From assembly GCA_964565065.1 (NCBI GenBank), contig CAZMDD010000132.1:1-58107 (forward strand): a stretch of 58,107 nt of DNA, in the 5' to 3' direction. The DNA is from an uncultured Caldilineales bacterium (GTDB lineage: Bacteria > Chloroflexota > Anaerolineae > J102). Under the pieces are notes generated by a model that was not told where the DNA came from, ran no database searches, and saw nothing but the letters and a program-made list of their open reading frames with translations. A program made the position numbers and the translations under genes. Below are positions 1-9,432 of this stretch, one piece after another (within the stretch, counting starts at the first letter, position 1; the number at the start of each line of letters is the position of its first letter).

Positions 1-112
1 TGACCTCTGACCTCTGGCCTCTGACCTCTTGCCCTCTGGCCCTCTGGCCCGCTGACCTCTGCCCTCTGACCTCTGACCTCTGACCTCTGGCCACTGACCT
101 CTGACCTCTGAC
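1..112 (+). repeat. Tandem heptamer repeat (TGACCTC)n, about 15 imperfect units, truncated by window start
   Basis: Direct reading: tgacctc tgacctc tggcctc tgacctc...; a shorter copy lies on the minus strand at 16490-16536. Confidence 0.95.
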
Positions 113-188
113 CGGCTGCGCAGCAGCCACCTGAGGGGGCAGCCCCGGCGGGGCTTTGCAACGGTAGCCCGTGGCTTCAGCCGCGGGC
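108..188 (+). repeat. 81-bp dispersed repeat with two hairpins, ending in a GTAG-type REP-like palindrome (copy 1)
   Basis: Matches the reverse complement of 16416-16496 with 5 mismatches; GTAG-CCCGTGG-CTTCAG-CCGCGGG stem-loop. Confidence 0.9.
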
Positions 189-265
189 GAGGGCGGTTGG
201 GCGTCAGGCGGGCCGCGGGCGAAGGCGGACACGTGAGGCGCGCACACAGGCGCATGGGGCGCGGG

Positions 266-295
266 TTGCCAGAAAAGAAAAAGTCGTGCTACTAT
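266..295 (+). promoter_or_regulatory. Sigma70-type promoter for the dacA operon
   Basis: TTGCCA (266-271), 18-bp spacer, TG-n-TACTAT (290-295). Confidence 0.55.
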
Positions 296-349
296 GCGGT
301 AACGTTCATTTCCCCCACGCCCGCGCTCGATTTCATCGTTCATTCCCCC

Positions 350-1471
350 ATGCCTCCATCCAAAACTGGCCCAAAACGCCCGGCAGCTTCCCGCTGGCTG
401 TGGCCACTGATGCTTCTGGCGTGGTTCTCGGTAGCCGCGGGCCCGCCCACATGGCGCAGCGGTCACAATCAGCCCATCCGCCTAACCTTTGGACAGCTAC
501 AAACCATGCAGCAGGCGCAACAAGCGCCAACCGTACAAGCCCGGGCCGCACTCATGCAGGATGTTGCCAGCCGCACGATACTCTGGCAGCAAGCCGAAGA
601 TACCCCCTTACCCATGGCCAGCGTGACCAAGTTGATGACCGTTCTGGTCGCACTGGAAACCTTATCGCCAGATACCATCATCACTGTGCCGCAAGCTGCC
701 ATCGTGGGCAATGCCAGCATGGGCCTGCACGCCGGACAAAAAATATCGGTGCGGGCCCTACTTTATGGCGCACTGCTGCCTTCGGGCAACGATGCAGCCA
801 TGACTCTGGCTCTGGCCGCAGCAGGCTCCGAGCAAGCCTTTGTGGCCCGCATGAACGCCCGGGCCACCCAGTGGGGATTGACTCAAACCCACTTTGCCAA
901 TCCTCATGGCCTGGACGCGCCCGCGCATCATGCCAGCGCCCGCGACTTGGCCGCACTGGCGCAACGCGCCCTGCAACAGCCACTCATCGCCCACATTGTA
1001 CGCACCCCCGCCATTCAAATCGAAGGCTTCGCACTAACCAACACCAATCAGCTTTTAGGCCAGTATCAGGGCGCCTATGGCGTTAAAACCGGAACCACCG
1101 ATGCTGCAGGCCAGGTGCTGATAGCTGCAGCCCGTCGCCCAGGCCAGGGCGATGTGCTGACCGTGGTACTCAACAGCCCGGATCGCTATGCCGAAACCAC
1201 CACGCTGCTGGACTTCTACTTTCGGAACTGGCAAAGTCGGGATGTTACCCTGCCTCACGATGTACTCAGCCAGGCCACCGGGCCCGATGGCCACCACTAT
1301 TTGCTCAGCACCCCACAGCAACCTCTGCTGCTGCCCCGCTGGCAATGGCCGCGACTGCACCCCCTGCGCATCATCAGCTTCGATGCCGCGGGCCAACCCT
1401 CGGGCCTGTACCAACTTTGGCTGGATGGACACAAACTGCTGGAAGCACCCATCACCTTCACGCTCCAATAA
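350..1471 (+). CDS. dacA: D-alanyl-D-alanine carboxypeptidase (peptidase S11), secreted
   Basis: SVTK (SxxK), SGN (SxN), KTGT motifs, NPHGLD; hydrophobic signal peptide; start moved to ATG 350. Confidence 0.9.
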   Translation: MPPSKTGPKRPAASRWLWPLMLLAWFSVAAGPPTWRSGHNQPIRLTFGQLQTMQQAQQAPTVQARAALMQDVASRTILWQQAEDTPLPMASVTKLMTVLVALETLSPDTIITVPQAAIVGNASMGLHAGQKISVRALLYGALLPSGNDAAMTLALAAAGSEQAFVARMNARATQWGLTQTHFANPHGLDAPAHHASARDLAALAQRALQQPLIAHIVRTPAIQIEGFALTNTNQLLGQYQGAYGVKTGTTDAAGQVLIAAARRPGQGDVLTVVLNSPDRYAETTTLLDFYFRNWQSRDVTLPHDVLSQATGPDGHHYLLSTPQQPLLLPRWQWPRLHPLRIISFDAAGQPSGLYQLWLDGHKLLEAPITFTLQ

Positions 1472-1482
1472 CCTTGCTACCT

Positions 1483-2235
1483 ATGCGCCTCAATAAATTT
1501 CTAGCCCACGCAGGCATCGCCTCCCGTCGGACTGCTGATAAACTCATCGCCGCTGGCCGGGTACAAATCAATGGCCAGATAACGCGCACCATGGGCATTC
1601 AGGTAGACCTGGAACAAGATGTCGTGAAAGTAGATGGCAAGCTGGTGCAAAAACCCACCCCCCACAAAACCTATCTGCTGCTGAACAAACCGCCCGGCGT
1701 CATCACCAGTCGCAAAGACCCAGAAGGCCGCCCCACCATTCTTGATCTTGTACCCAAAAAATATCATCACCTGCACCCGGTGGGCCGCCTGGATTATCAG
1801 AGCGAAGGCCTGGTGCTGCTAACCAACGATGGCGATCTCACGCAGCGCCTTTCGCACCCTTCGTTTCAGCACGAAAAAGAGTATTGGGTGCAGGTCGATG
1901 GCTTTGTGCCCAATGTCGTACTCTACAAATTTCGCAAAGGCGTTTTGCTGGAAGATGGCACAGCTCGGGCCCGAGTCCGCCGCCTGAGCAAAATTCCGCC
2001 CGAACAACGCTTTTGGATTCAGGAAACCACAGGCCGCACCTGGCTGGCCTTTATCCTGCACGAAGGACGCAATCGCCAGATTCGACGCATGTGCGAGGCC
2101 CTGGATTTGCACATCCGTCGCCTGGTACGCGTTCGCATGCAAAGCCTTCATATCGGCGACCTCAAACCAGGACAATGGCAACCAGCAACCAGCCGCCAAC
2201 GCCGCGCCATCCAGGGCATCAAGAAAAACAGGTGA
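1483..2235 (+). CDS. rluB: rRNA pseudouridine synthase, RsuA/RluB family
   Basis: MRLNKFLAHAGIASRR S4 domain; VGRLDYQSEGL catalytic Asp; EGRNRQIRRM; start at ATG 1483. Confidence 0.9.
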   Translation: MRLNKFLAHAGIASRRTADKLIAAGRVQINGQITRTMGIQVDLEQDVVKVDGKLVQKPTPHKTYLLLNKPPGVITSRKDPEGRPTILDLVPKKYHHLHPVGRLDYQSEGLVLLTNDGDLTQRLSHPSFQHEKEYWVQVDGFVPNVVLYKFRKGVLLEDGTARARVRRLSKIPPEQRFWIQETTGRTWLAFILHEGRNRQIRRMCEALDLHIRRLVRVRMQSLHIGDLKPGQWQPATSRQRRAIQGIKKNR

Positions 2236-2244
2236 CCCTTCCCC

Positions 2245-2934
2245 ATGATTCCAGCCATCATCACCATCGACGGGCCCGCAGCCTCGGGCAAAAGCTCGGT
2301 AGGCCGCCGCGTCGCCCGCCAACTCGACTTTCTACTTTTTGATACCGGTGCGCTGTACCGCTCGGTGACACTGGCCGCGCTGCAACGAGCCCTATCCACC
2401 AGTGACGATGCCGCCATGAGCGAACTGGCCGCAACCCTGCACATCGACCTCATCCCGGCCACGATAGATGATGGCCGCCCCTACACTGTGCTGATTGATG
2501 GCGAAGATGTGACCTGGGCCATTCGCAGCGAGCCGGTGAATGCCCATGTTTCCACCGTCAGCGCCTTCCCTGGCGTGCGCGAGGCCCTGAACAAACAGCA
2601 ACGGCGCATCGCACATCGGGGTCGCGTGGTGATGGCCGGACGGGATATCGGCACGGTGGTGGTTCCCGAAGCACCGCTCAAAATCTTTTTGGATGCTTCG
2701 CCTCAGGTGCGGGCGCTGCGGCGCTATGCCGAAATTCAGGCCCGGGGCGAAGACGCGTCCCTGGCCGAAATCCTGGCGGGCGTGCAACATCGCGATGAAA
2801 TCGACAGCACCCGGGCCACAGCCCCCCTCAAAGCTGCCGATGATGCCGTCATCATCAACACCGACGATAAAACCATCGAAGAAGTGGTCGATGCCATTGT
2901 GCAATTGGCCCGAAAACGGAATCTGGTTGAGTGA
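2245..2934 (+). CDS. cmk: Cytidylate kinase
   Basis: IDGPAASGKS P-loop, DTGALYR, GRDIGTVV, RDEIDSTR. Confidence 0.97.
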   Translation: MIPAIITIDGPAASGKSSVGRRVARQLDFLLFDTGALYRSVTLAALQRALSTSDDAAMSELAATLHIDLIPATIDDGRPYTVLIDGEDVTWAIRSEPVNAHVSTVSAFPGVREALNKQQRRIAHRGRVVMAGRDIGTVVVPEAPLKIFLDASPQVRALRRYAEIQARGEDASLAEILAGVQHRDEIDSTRATAPLKAADDAVIINTDDKTIEEVVDAIVQLARKRNLVE

Positions 2935-2935
2935 C

Positions 2936-3658
2936 ATGAGCCCGCAGCAACGTGATTTTAGGTGGGTCGCCACCCCCGAAGCCCCCCAACGCTGGCAGCG
3001 CCGCTTTTGGCTCACCTGGCTTTCGCTCATCGACAGGCTGCTTTTGGCTTCCGATGTGCAAGGTTTCGAACGATTGCCAGCCACGGGCCCGGTGATTCTT
3101 TATTACAATCATCTGCATTATCTTGACCCCTTTGCCCTTTCTACCCGTTTTTGGCGCAAACGCTACTTTGTGCCCGTGGCCAAGGCAGAGCTGGAGCATA
3201 CATTCTTTGTTGGTCAGGCACTGCGGGCCAACGCCACCATCTTCATTCATCGCGGCGAAGCTGATTTGCCAGCGCTGCGCGGTATGCTGGCCATCCTGAA
3301 AGCGGGCTACGTGCTTCTGATTGCCCCCGAAGGCACTCGCTCCACCACGGGCAGTCTCATTCCCGCAGAAAAAGGCCTGGGCCTGCTGGTTTACAAAACC
3401 AATCCGGTGCTCATGCCGGTGGGCATGTGGGGAACTACTAGCTTCCCTTCAGCTTACGCCCGTCTGCGTCGCCCCCAGATTCACTACCGCTTTGGCATCC
3501 CCTACCGCATCCATCTGCCGCCCAAAATGGCTCGCAAAGAGGCAGAAGAGCTGATTACCGACTATGCCATGCGTCGCCTGGCGCAATGCTTGCCCAAAAC
3601 CATGCGCGGGGTCTATGCCGAGCCGCCCCCCATTTTACCCTATGTGGAGGAAGTCTGA
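2936..3658 (+). CDS. plsC: Lysophospholipid (1-acyl-glycerol-3-phosphate) acyltransferase
   Basis: NHLHYLD (NHx4D), FIHRG, APEGTRS motifs; follows cmk; start approximate. Confidence 0.88.
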   Translation: MSPQQRDFRWVATPEAPQRWQRRFWLTWLSLIDRLLLASDVQGFERLPATGPVILYYNHLHYLDPFALSTRFWRKRYFVPVAKAELEHTFFVGQALRANATIFIHRGEADLPALRGMLAILKAGYVLLIAPEGTRSTTGSLIPAEKGLGLLVYKTNPVLMPVGMWGTTSFPSAYARLRRPQIHYRFGIPYRIHLPPKMARKEAEELITDYAMRRLAQCLPKTMRGVYAEPPPILPYVEEV

Positions 3659-4557
3659 TGTTTGAAGTTCTGGATTTGAACTTTCAGGAACAGCAAGAAA
3701 TCATTGCCAGTTATGTGCTGCGCGGGCCCACTGGTGTTACACTCATCGAGACGGGGCCCGGTTCCACAGTATCAACCTTGCTGGCGGGCCTGGAGCGCTT
3801 AGGGATTGATAAGGATGAAGTCACCGACATCCTCATCACGCACATCCACCTGGACCACGCCGGGGCTGCGGGGTATTTGGCGCGGCTCACGGGCGCGACC
3901 GTACATGTGCATCATGTAGGCGCGCCACACATGATTGATCCCAGCAAGCTGCTGGCGTCAGCCGGGCGCATTTATGGCCAGCAGATGGGCCCGCTGTGGG
4001 GCGATTTTTTGGCTGTGCCGCCACAACAGGTGCATGCCTTGCAGGATAACGATGTTATTGACGCGGGCGGCCTGAAAATTACAGCCCTGGATACACCGGG
4101 CCATGCGTATCATCACATGACTTACTGGCTGGATGGCACCTGTTTTACCGGCGACATCGGCGGCGTACGGCTGCCCCGCTACACGCACATGCGCCTGCCT
4201 GTGCCCCCGCCCGAGCTGCACATCCCCCTGTGGAAGCAAAGTGTGCGCCGCCTGCAAGCCCTGAAACCTGAACGCATCGCTCCCACCCATTTCGGGCCCT
4301 TTGAAGATGCACAAAATCATCTCGAAAGTATCCTCGAAAAACTGGATGCGGTCTCTGACTATGTGCGGGCGCTAAAACTGGCAGGAGAGAGCAACGAGCA
4401 AATCATCCCCCAACTTACCGCCTGGCTGGCCGATATGGCCCGGGCCGAGGGGGTGGATGAAAAGGGCGTGCAGCGCTACGAAATCATCGTGCCCAGCTAC
4501 ATGAATGTCACGGGCCTGCTGCGCTACTTTCGCAAGGTCGAAGGATTAAACATCTAA
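3658..4557 (+). CDS. MBL-fold metallo-hydrolase
   Basis: THIHLDHAG, TPGHAYHH, FTGD, PTHFG; TGATG overlap with plsC. Confidence 0.92.
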   Translation: MFEVLDLNFQEQQEIIASYVLRGPTGVTLIETGPGSTVSTLLAGLERLGIDKDEVTDILITHIHLDHAGAAGYLARLTGATVHVHHVGAPHMIDPSKLLASAGRIYGQQMGPLWGDFLAVPPQQVHALQDNDVIDAGGLKITALDTPGHAYHHMTYWLDGTCFTGDIGGVRLPRYTHMRLPVPPPELHIPLWKQSVRRLQALKPERIAPTHFGPFEDAQNHLESILEKLDAVSDYVRALKLAGESNEQIIPQLTAWLADMARAEGVDEKGVQRYEIIVPSYMNVTGLLRYFRKVEGLNI

Positions 4558-4562
4558 ACTTT

Positions 4563-4901
4563 ATGTCACCTTTGCAGGTATTGCTGCTTTTATTCACCAT
4601 CGGCCTGGAGGTGTTGGGCACGATTTCGCTCAAGCTTTCGCAGGGCTTTACGAAACCAGTGCCCAGCATCCTGGTGGCGGTGGGATATGGCTTCTCGTTT
4701 TATTTTTTAGCGCTGTTGCTCAAACAAAACGTGCCGGTGGGCATCATTTATGCCATCTGGTCGGGCTTGGGAACTGTGGCCATTGTGGTGATTGGAGTAT
4801 GGCTGTGGGGTGAGAAGCTCTCGCTACCCATTATCGTTGGCATCGCCATGGTCATCGTAGGCGTAATGCTGATTAATTTGACTGCACCCAACGCTCACTA
4901 G
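4563..4901 (+). CDS. SMR-family small multidrug transporter (Qac/EmrE-like)
   Basis: 112 aa, 4 hydrophobic helices, EVLGTISLKLSQGFT, YAIWSGLG. Confidence 0.92.
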   Translation: MSPLQVLLLLFTIGLEVLGTISLKLSQGFTKPVPSILVAVGYGFSFYFLALLLKQNVPVGIIYAIWSGLGTVAIVVIGVWLWGEKLSLPIIVGIAMVIVGVMLINLTAPNAH

Positions 4902-4987
4902 GTATCAACCTGTCGTTTACGCCAGTATCAAAATTGACAAAAATACACAACTGTTGTAAATTTAAAGGGACAATTCTTCTTTTTAGG

Positions 4988-5272
4988 GTTACTACTAAGG
5001 TAGCCCGGCTAGAAATCACTAAGACACGAAGCCACAAAGAAAGAAAAAGTGTCACTACTAAGGTAGCCCGGCTAGAAACCACGAAGACACGAAGCCACAA
5101 AGGCACGAAGAAAAGAAAAAGCTTTGAAATTCTTGGTGTTCTTAGTGTCTTTGCGCCTTTGTGGTGATTGAAGGCGGGTACGTTAGTCGTTACGAAAAAG
5201 TTTTGAAATGCTTGGTGTTCTTAGTGTCTTTGTGCCTTTGTGGTGATTGAAGTCGGGTACGTTAGTCGTTAC
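4988..5272 (+). mobile_element. MITE family A, outer copy interrupted by a second copy
   Basis: Starts GTTACTACTAAGGTAGCCCG, ends CGGGTACGTTAGTCGTTAC; 8-bp direct repeat TTTTTAGG at 4980-4987 and 5273-5280. Confidence 0.92.
5051..5193 (+). mobile_element. MITE family A, nested inner copy (143 bp)
   Basis: Full element; 8-bp direct repeat GAAAAAGT at 5043-5050 and 5194-5201. Confidence 0.92.
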
Positions 5273-5640
5273 TTTTTAGGATTCATTCTGGTTTGCATCT
5301 GGCGTTATTGCACAAAAGAAAACAGGAATGATTTATCCATAACTACTTGGGGCGAAAACCGCTGCCCGGTCTAATTTAATATCTTTCCGTACACAAATAC
5401 AGAAAACTCGGCGTGCAAGTCACACGGGCAACAATGACTCTAAACGGAAGACCAGGCAAAGGTGCGCCATATCTTCAGCGCCAAAATCAAATAGGCGGCT
5501 ACGTTTCAACTGTATGACTGCACAGGTGCTATCCTTGCAGTAGCGAATGCAACATGAGCGCATCGTGTCAACGATGGCAACCAACATCTCCGTAGTACCC
5601 GATGCCTGCTCAACTTCATCTCTTCCGATAGGTTTATCTC

Positions 5641-7113
5641 ATGCTTTACATCATTCGTCATTTTCGCATTCTTCTTCTCTCGATCACCCTTCTGTTTTTG
5701 GCTATCAGTGGCTCTCGTGCCAACGCGGATGAAGGTATTATTCGCCGCTCTCCCGAAGTTTCGTTTGGGGTTTATGTGTGGAAAGATGGCCCGCAGATTG
5801 CGGGCGGGCCCGAGCTGAAAGCTACCGGAGCGCAATGGGCCAGCGTTTTTATCGTCTGGTCAGATATCGAGGGCATGCCCGGCGTTTACAACTGGACGCA
5901 AACAGATGCGCTGCTCGATTCTATTAGCGATAATGGTTTCAAGACCATCGTCACCATCATTGGCAACCCGGATTGGGCAGCAGACACCATCTGCGGCCCC
6001 ATTCACGAAGAACAGCTCCCCCGTTTCAGCAACTTTTTGACCGCCATCACCCGCCGCTACAGCGCCCCCCCCTACAACATCAAACATTGGGCGCTTTACA
6101 ATGAACCAGATAATAGCAATGCTAACGGCTATTTTGTGAACTGGCTGGGCGGCTGTTGGGGTGGGCATCATGCCAACGCCCTGCCCGATGCCGGCGGTGC
6201 GGCCTATGCTCACATGCTCAGTTATGCCTATCCGGCCATCAAGGCGGGCGACCCCGAAGCCAATGTGCTATTGGGCGGACTGGCCTATGATTATTTCTCG
6301 GGCATCGATGAGGGAGGCATTTTTGACCCTCAATTCCTTGATGATATTTTGGCTGCGGGCGGCGGTGATTACTTTGACATCATCAATTTTCATTATTACA
6401 AAGCTTTTGACTGGCGCTGGCAGAGCGAGACCAACGGCATCCCCAATCCTTATCACCGAGGCATTAGTTCAAAGGGCTGGTATTTGCAAAACGAAGTTCA
6501 ACGCCAAACTGGTAAAAGCAAACCAGTGCTCTGCACCGAAGTAGGCGACGGCTCACGAGAACCCTCGGGAGAAGATCGTTCCGAGTTTCAGGCCCGCTAT
6601 TTGGTGCAAACCCTAATTCGAGGCTACTACGGCGGCATCTCGCCCACCATCTGGTTTGATGGTGTAGATGAAATGTGGCTGCCAGGTGGCAATACGATGA
6701 CCAGCATGGGCCTGCTCAACGATGATTTGTCGCCCAAAATTGCTTATCTTGCCTATCAAACGCTCACCCGCGAGCTGGCCGGCGCGCATTTTGTGCGCAC
6801 ACGCGAAGATTTAGGACTGCGTTTCGAGGGCTACGAATTCGAGGTGCAAGGACGCAGCAAGCTGGTGTTGTGGGATTCAGAAAGTGGACAACACACCATC
6901 TCTCTGGCCATCTCCAAGCCGGGGGGCACGCTACGTGTGGTAGAAAAAACAGGCCAGGATTTGAAAATCGTCGATGGTTCGGGCCTGGACAAAGATGGTC
7001 TGAAAAATGGTTATGTCGAGGTTATTGTCTCACGCAGCCCCCGTTATTACGAAGATTTAAGTATACCGCTACACACCGAACATCTGTTTTTGCCGGTTTT
7101 GCACACCAGATAA
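5641..7113 (+). CDS. Secreted clan GH-A glycoside hydrolase (GH39/GH5-like)
   Basis: Signal peptide; WSDIE..GVYNW, YNEPD acid/base, INFHYY, LCTEVG nucleophile; C-terminal HLFLPVLHTR. Confidence 0.8.
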   Translation: MLYIIRHFRILLLSITLLFLAISGSRANADEGIIRRSPEVSFGVYVWKDGPQIAGGPELKATGAQWASVFIVWSDIEGMPGVYNWTQTDALLDSISDNGFKTIVTIIGNPDWAADTICGPIHEEQLPRFSNFLTAITRRYSAPPYNIKHWALYNEPDNSNANGYFVNWLGGCWGGHHANALPDAGGAAYAHMLSYAYPAIKAGDPEANVLLGGLAYDYFSGIDEGGIFDPQFLDDILAAGGGDYFDIINFHYYKAFDWRWQSETNGIPNPYHRGISSKGWYLQNEVQRQTGKSKPVLCTEVGDGSREPSGEDRSEFQARYLVQTLIRGYYGGISPTIWFDGVDEMWLPGGNTMTSMGLLNDDLSPKIAYLAYQTLTRELAGAHFVRTREDLGLRFEGYEFEVQGRSKLVLWDSESGQHTISLAISKPGGTLRVVEKTGQDLKIVDGSGLDKDGLKNGYVEVIVSRSPRYYEDLSIPLHTEHLFLPVLHTR

Positions 7114-7136
7114 TGCCATTTTTCGCCGCTGGCAAT

Positions 7137-7165
7137 TTGCCAGCTACAGGCTTTCGTGCTAAAAT
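7137..7165 (+). promoter_or_regulatory. Sigma70-type promoter for rplS
   Basis: TTGCCA (7137-7142), 17-bp spacer, TG-n-TAAAAT (7160-7165). Confidence 0.65.
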
Positions 7166-7310
7166 ATCCAACTGCTCAAGGTGAACTGATTTAGCGCCGT
7201 TTGGCGCTTTCATTTTGTCTGTCGGGCAATCATTGTTGAGGATGACGGGGTAGTTGCCTGGTCAACACTCGTCCGCTCCAAAATCTATAAATTCAGACAA
7301 GGAAAAAACC

Positions 7311-7661
7311 ATGTCCTACTTATTGGAATCATTAGAAAACGAATATCTGAAAGAAGACGTTCCTGAACTCAGGATTGGCGATATCGTCAAAGTTTATAAC
7401 CGCATTGTCGAAGGTAAAAATGAGCGTGTTCAGGTCTACCAGGGCACAATTATCGGCATGAAAGGCACAGGCCCGGCCAAAGCCATCACCGTGCGTAAAA
7501 TTGGTGCTCATGGCATCGGCGTCGAACGTATCTTCCGAATCCATGCTCCCCGTGTCGAAAAAATCGAGATTGTCCGCCACAGCAAAGTGCGTCGGGCCAA
7601 ACTCTACTTCTTGCGCGATCGTGTCGGCAAGAAGGCCCGCCTGAAACAACTTCGCCGATAA
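7311..7661 (+). CDS. rplS: 50S ribosomal protein L19
   Basis: GDIVKVYNRIVEGKNERVQVYQG, GVERIF, KVRRAKLYFLR; AAGGA RBS before ATG 7311. Confidence 0.98.
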   Translation: MSYLLESLENEYLKEDVPELRIGDIVKVYNRIVEGKNERVQVYQGTIIGMKGTGPAKAITVRKIGAHGIGVERIFRIHAPRVEKIEIVRHSKVRRAKLYFLRDRVGKKARLKQLRR

Positions 7662-7686
7662 CCAACGGCATCTCTCTTTACTTTAC

Positions 7687-7718
7687 AAGAACGTGAGTCT
7701 CGGGCTCGCGTTCTTTTT
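7687..7718 (+). terminator. Intrinsic terminator after rplS
   Basis: AAGAACGTGAG..CTCGCGTTCTT hairpin followed by T tract. Confidence 0.75.
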
Positions 7719-7736
7719 GTTTTCGCCCCTAAAATC

Positions 7737-9176
7737 ATGATAAACTGGGGCATGAACCGGCTCGATACGCAATTCATCCAATTCGCCCGGCGCTGGGGCC
7801 TTGTGGCGGTGAGCAGCATCATTCCCCTGGGAGTGGCGTGGCAATTTCGTCATGCCATCGCCTATGACGATACCTACATCACCCTGACCTACGCCCGGAA
7901 CATCGCCCAGGGACACGGTTTTGTGTACAATGGCGGGCCCATCATGCTGGGAACCACCAGCCCATTGCTAGCTTTGTGGCTGGGCTTTTGGGGAGCGGTA
8001 CTGCAAACCAACAACATGGCCCAACTAGCCCTAATCACGGGCGCACTGGCTTGGGCTGGCACGGTCTGGCTGGCATTTTGGCTGGGCGAACAGCTTCAGG
8101 GGCCCGCTGCGGGCAAGTTAATGGCAATTTTAATGGCCACATTAGCCATCTGGCCACATGTGCTGCGAGCAGAATTTCCGCTACTCATGGCCTTCTCCTT
8201 GCTGGCGTTGGTGCTGAGCATGCGTCAACGTTACGGATGGGCAGGCATTTTCTTTGGATTGGCCTGCTTGACGCGCGGGGATGCGGCCCTGCTGGCCGGA
8301 CTTAGCGGACTGGCCATCCTTTGGCAAAAACGGCGCGTGCCCTGGAGGCTGGTGGGGGGATTCAGCCTGGTTCTGGCCCCGTGGTTTCTGTATGCCTCCC
8401 TCACCTTTGGCAATCCCCTGCCCGCCACGCTGGACATCAAACGGGCGCATCGGGCCTATGGCATTTGGCCGCACATCATCACAGGATTTTGGCGCTGGTT
8501 CCAGCGTACTGCCTGGCCCTTTCAGCTTCGCTTTGCGCTTACAGTGCTACTGGCGCCCATCGCACTAACTCGACGCAACTTGTGGGCTACGGTACTGCTG
8601 GGCTGGGGCCTGCTGCACGCCCTAAGCTACACATGGCTCAATGTTCCCTTTTACTTTTGGTATGTACTGCCCATCTTTGTCATAGCCAGTCTGGGCGCGG
8701 GCCTAACCCTGGCCACCTACAAACAAAAGAAACTGTCCGGAGTGCTACTCATGGTGCTGGTGGTTCTGGGCGGAGTGGGATTGAACAATGCCGTAGCCCG
8801 GGCCGAACGCGTCAATCCCCGATCACAAGCATATCTCGATACCGCAGCGTGGCTAAAAAACAACACCACGCCCGATAGCACTGTGGGCTACATCGAAATT
8901 GGCATCCTTGCCTACTTCTCCCAGCGCCCAGTCCTGGATTTGCTGGGCCTCACCACGCCCGGGGCAGCCACCTATCTGCAACAAGGAGACATCGGCCCTT
9001 ACTTCGAAACCCTCCGACCCGATTACTACATTCGCAACAGCGATATCGACAACTGGAAAATGTGCAAACAAATCAACAAACGCTCCTATTTTCAGCAAGC
9101 CTACCACCCCGTGGCCACCATTCCCCAGCGCCACCGGAAGCCCATCATCATCTACCAACGAACAGACAAGCACTAA
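7737..9176 (+). CDS. Multi-pass GT-C-fold glycosyltransferase (lipid-linked sugar donor type)
   Basis: YDDTYITLTYARNI motif after first TM, about 10 TM segments, C-terminal soluble domain with EIGILAY..VLDLLGL; start may be 7752. Confidence 0.72.
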   Translation: MINWGMNRLDTQFIQFARRWGLVAVSSIIPLGVAWQFRHAIAYDDTYITLTYARNIAQGHGFVYNGGPIMLGTTSPLLALWLGFWGAVLQTNNMAQLALITGALAWAGTVWLAFWLGEQLQGPAAGKLMAILMATLAIWPHVLRAEFPLLMAFSLLALVLSMRQRYGWAGIFFGLACLTRGDAALLAGLSGLAILWQKRRVPWRLVGGFSLVLAPWFLYASLTFGNPLPATLDIKRAHRAYGIWPHIITGFWRWFQRTAWPFQLRFALTVLLAPIALTRRNLWATVLLGWGLLHALSYTWLNVPFYFWYVLPIFVIASLGAGLTLATYKQKKLSGVLLMVLVVLGGVGLNNAVARAERVNPRSQAYLDTAAWLKNNTTPDSTVGYIEIGILAYFSQRPVLDLLGLTTPGAATYLQQGDIGPYFETLRPDYYIRNSDIDNWKMCKQINKRSYFQQAYHPVATIPQRHRKPIIIYQRTDKH

Positions 9177-9432
9177 CTTTTGCGACGCACAAAGGCAGAC
9201 ACGCCTTTTTGCCTTCCAGACACAACCGCTAGATTTACCGCAGCGGCTGGCAGCCCAGCACTTAGCGACATCGTCACAAAAATTCATTCATCAAAAGTGT
9301 AACGCTTTATAAATTTGCAACATCTAATAAATCCGTGGCTGGTGTTAAGGCGACATCTGCACCACTGGCCCGGATTTTATTTTGCCATTTTCTCATTCCG
9401 AGTTTCACATACATTAAGGAGTAAGCCAAATT

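Noticed and set aside
197-349. Long N-terminal extensions in the ORF track (dacA, rluB, plsC, gyrB, cofE, HSD10, molybdoenzyme)
   Set aside because: They overlap promoters, repeats or upstream genes; downstream ATGs match the family N-termini.
4557-4563. Guanidine riboswitch / Gdx assignment for the SMR gene
   Set aside because: Only a 5-bp gap after the upstream gene, and TM1 reads EVLGTISLK (Qac-like) rather than the Gdx-type EVxWA pattern.
4873-5167. Short ORFs in the track over MITE copies (also 12114-12368, 57858-58052)
   Set aside because: They are translations of the repeat itself and recur wherever it is inserted.
4988-5272. CRISPR array (repeated ~35-bp segments)
   Set aside because: No regular repeat-spacer period, no unique spacers and no cas genes; fully explained by nested MITEs with target duplications.
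5340-5460. c-di-GMP-I riboswitch-like fragments (CACACGGGCAA, CCCGGTCTAA)
   Set aside because: The fragments are in the wrong order and the GAAA tetraloop/receptor stems are missing.
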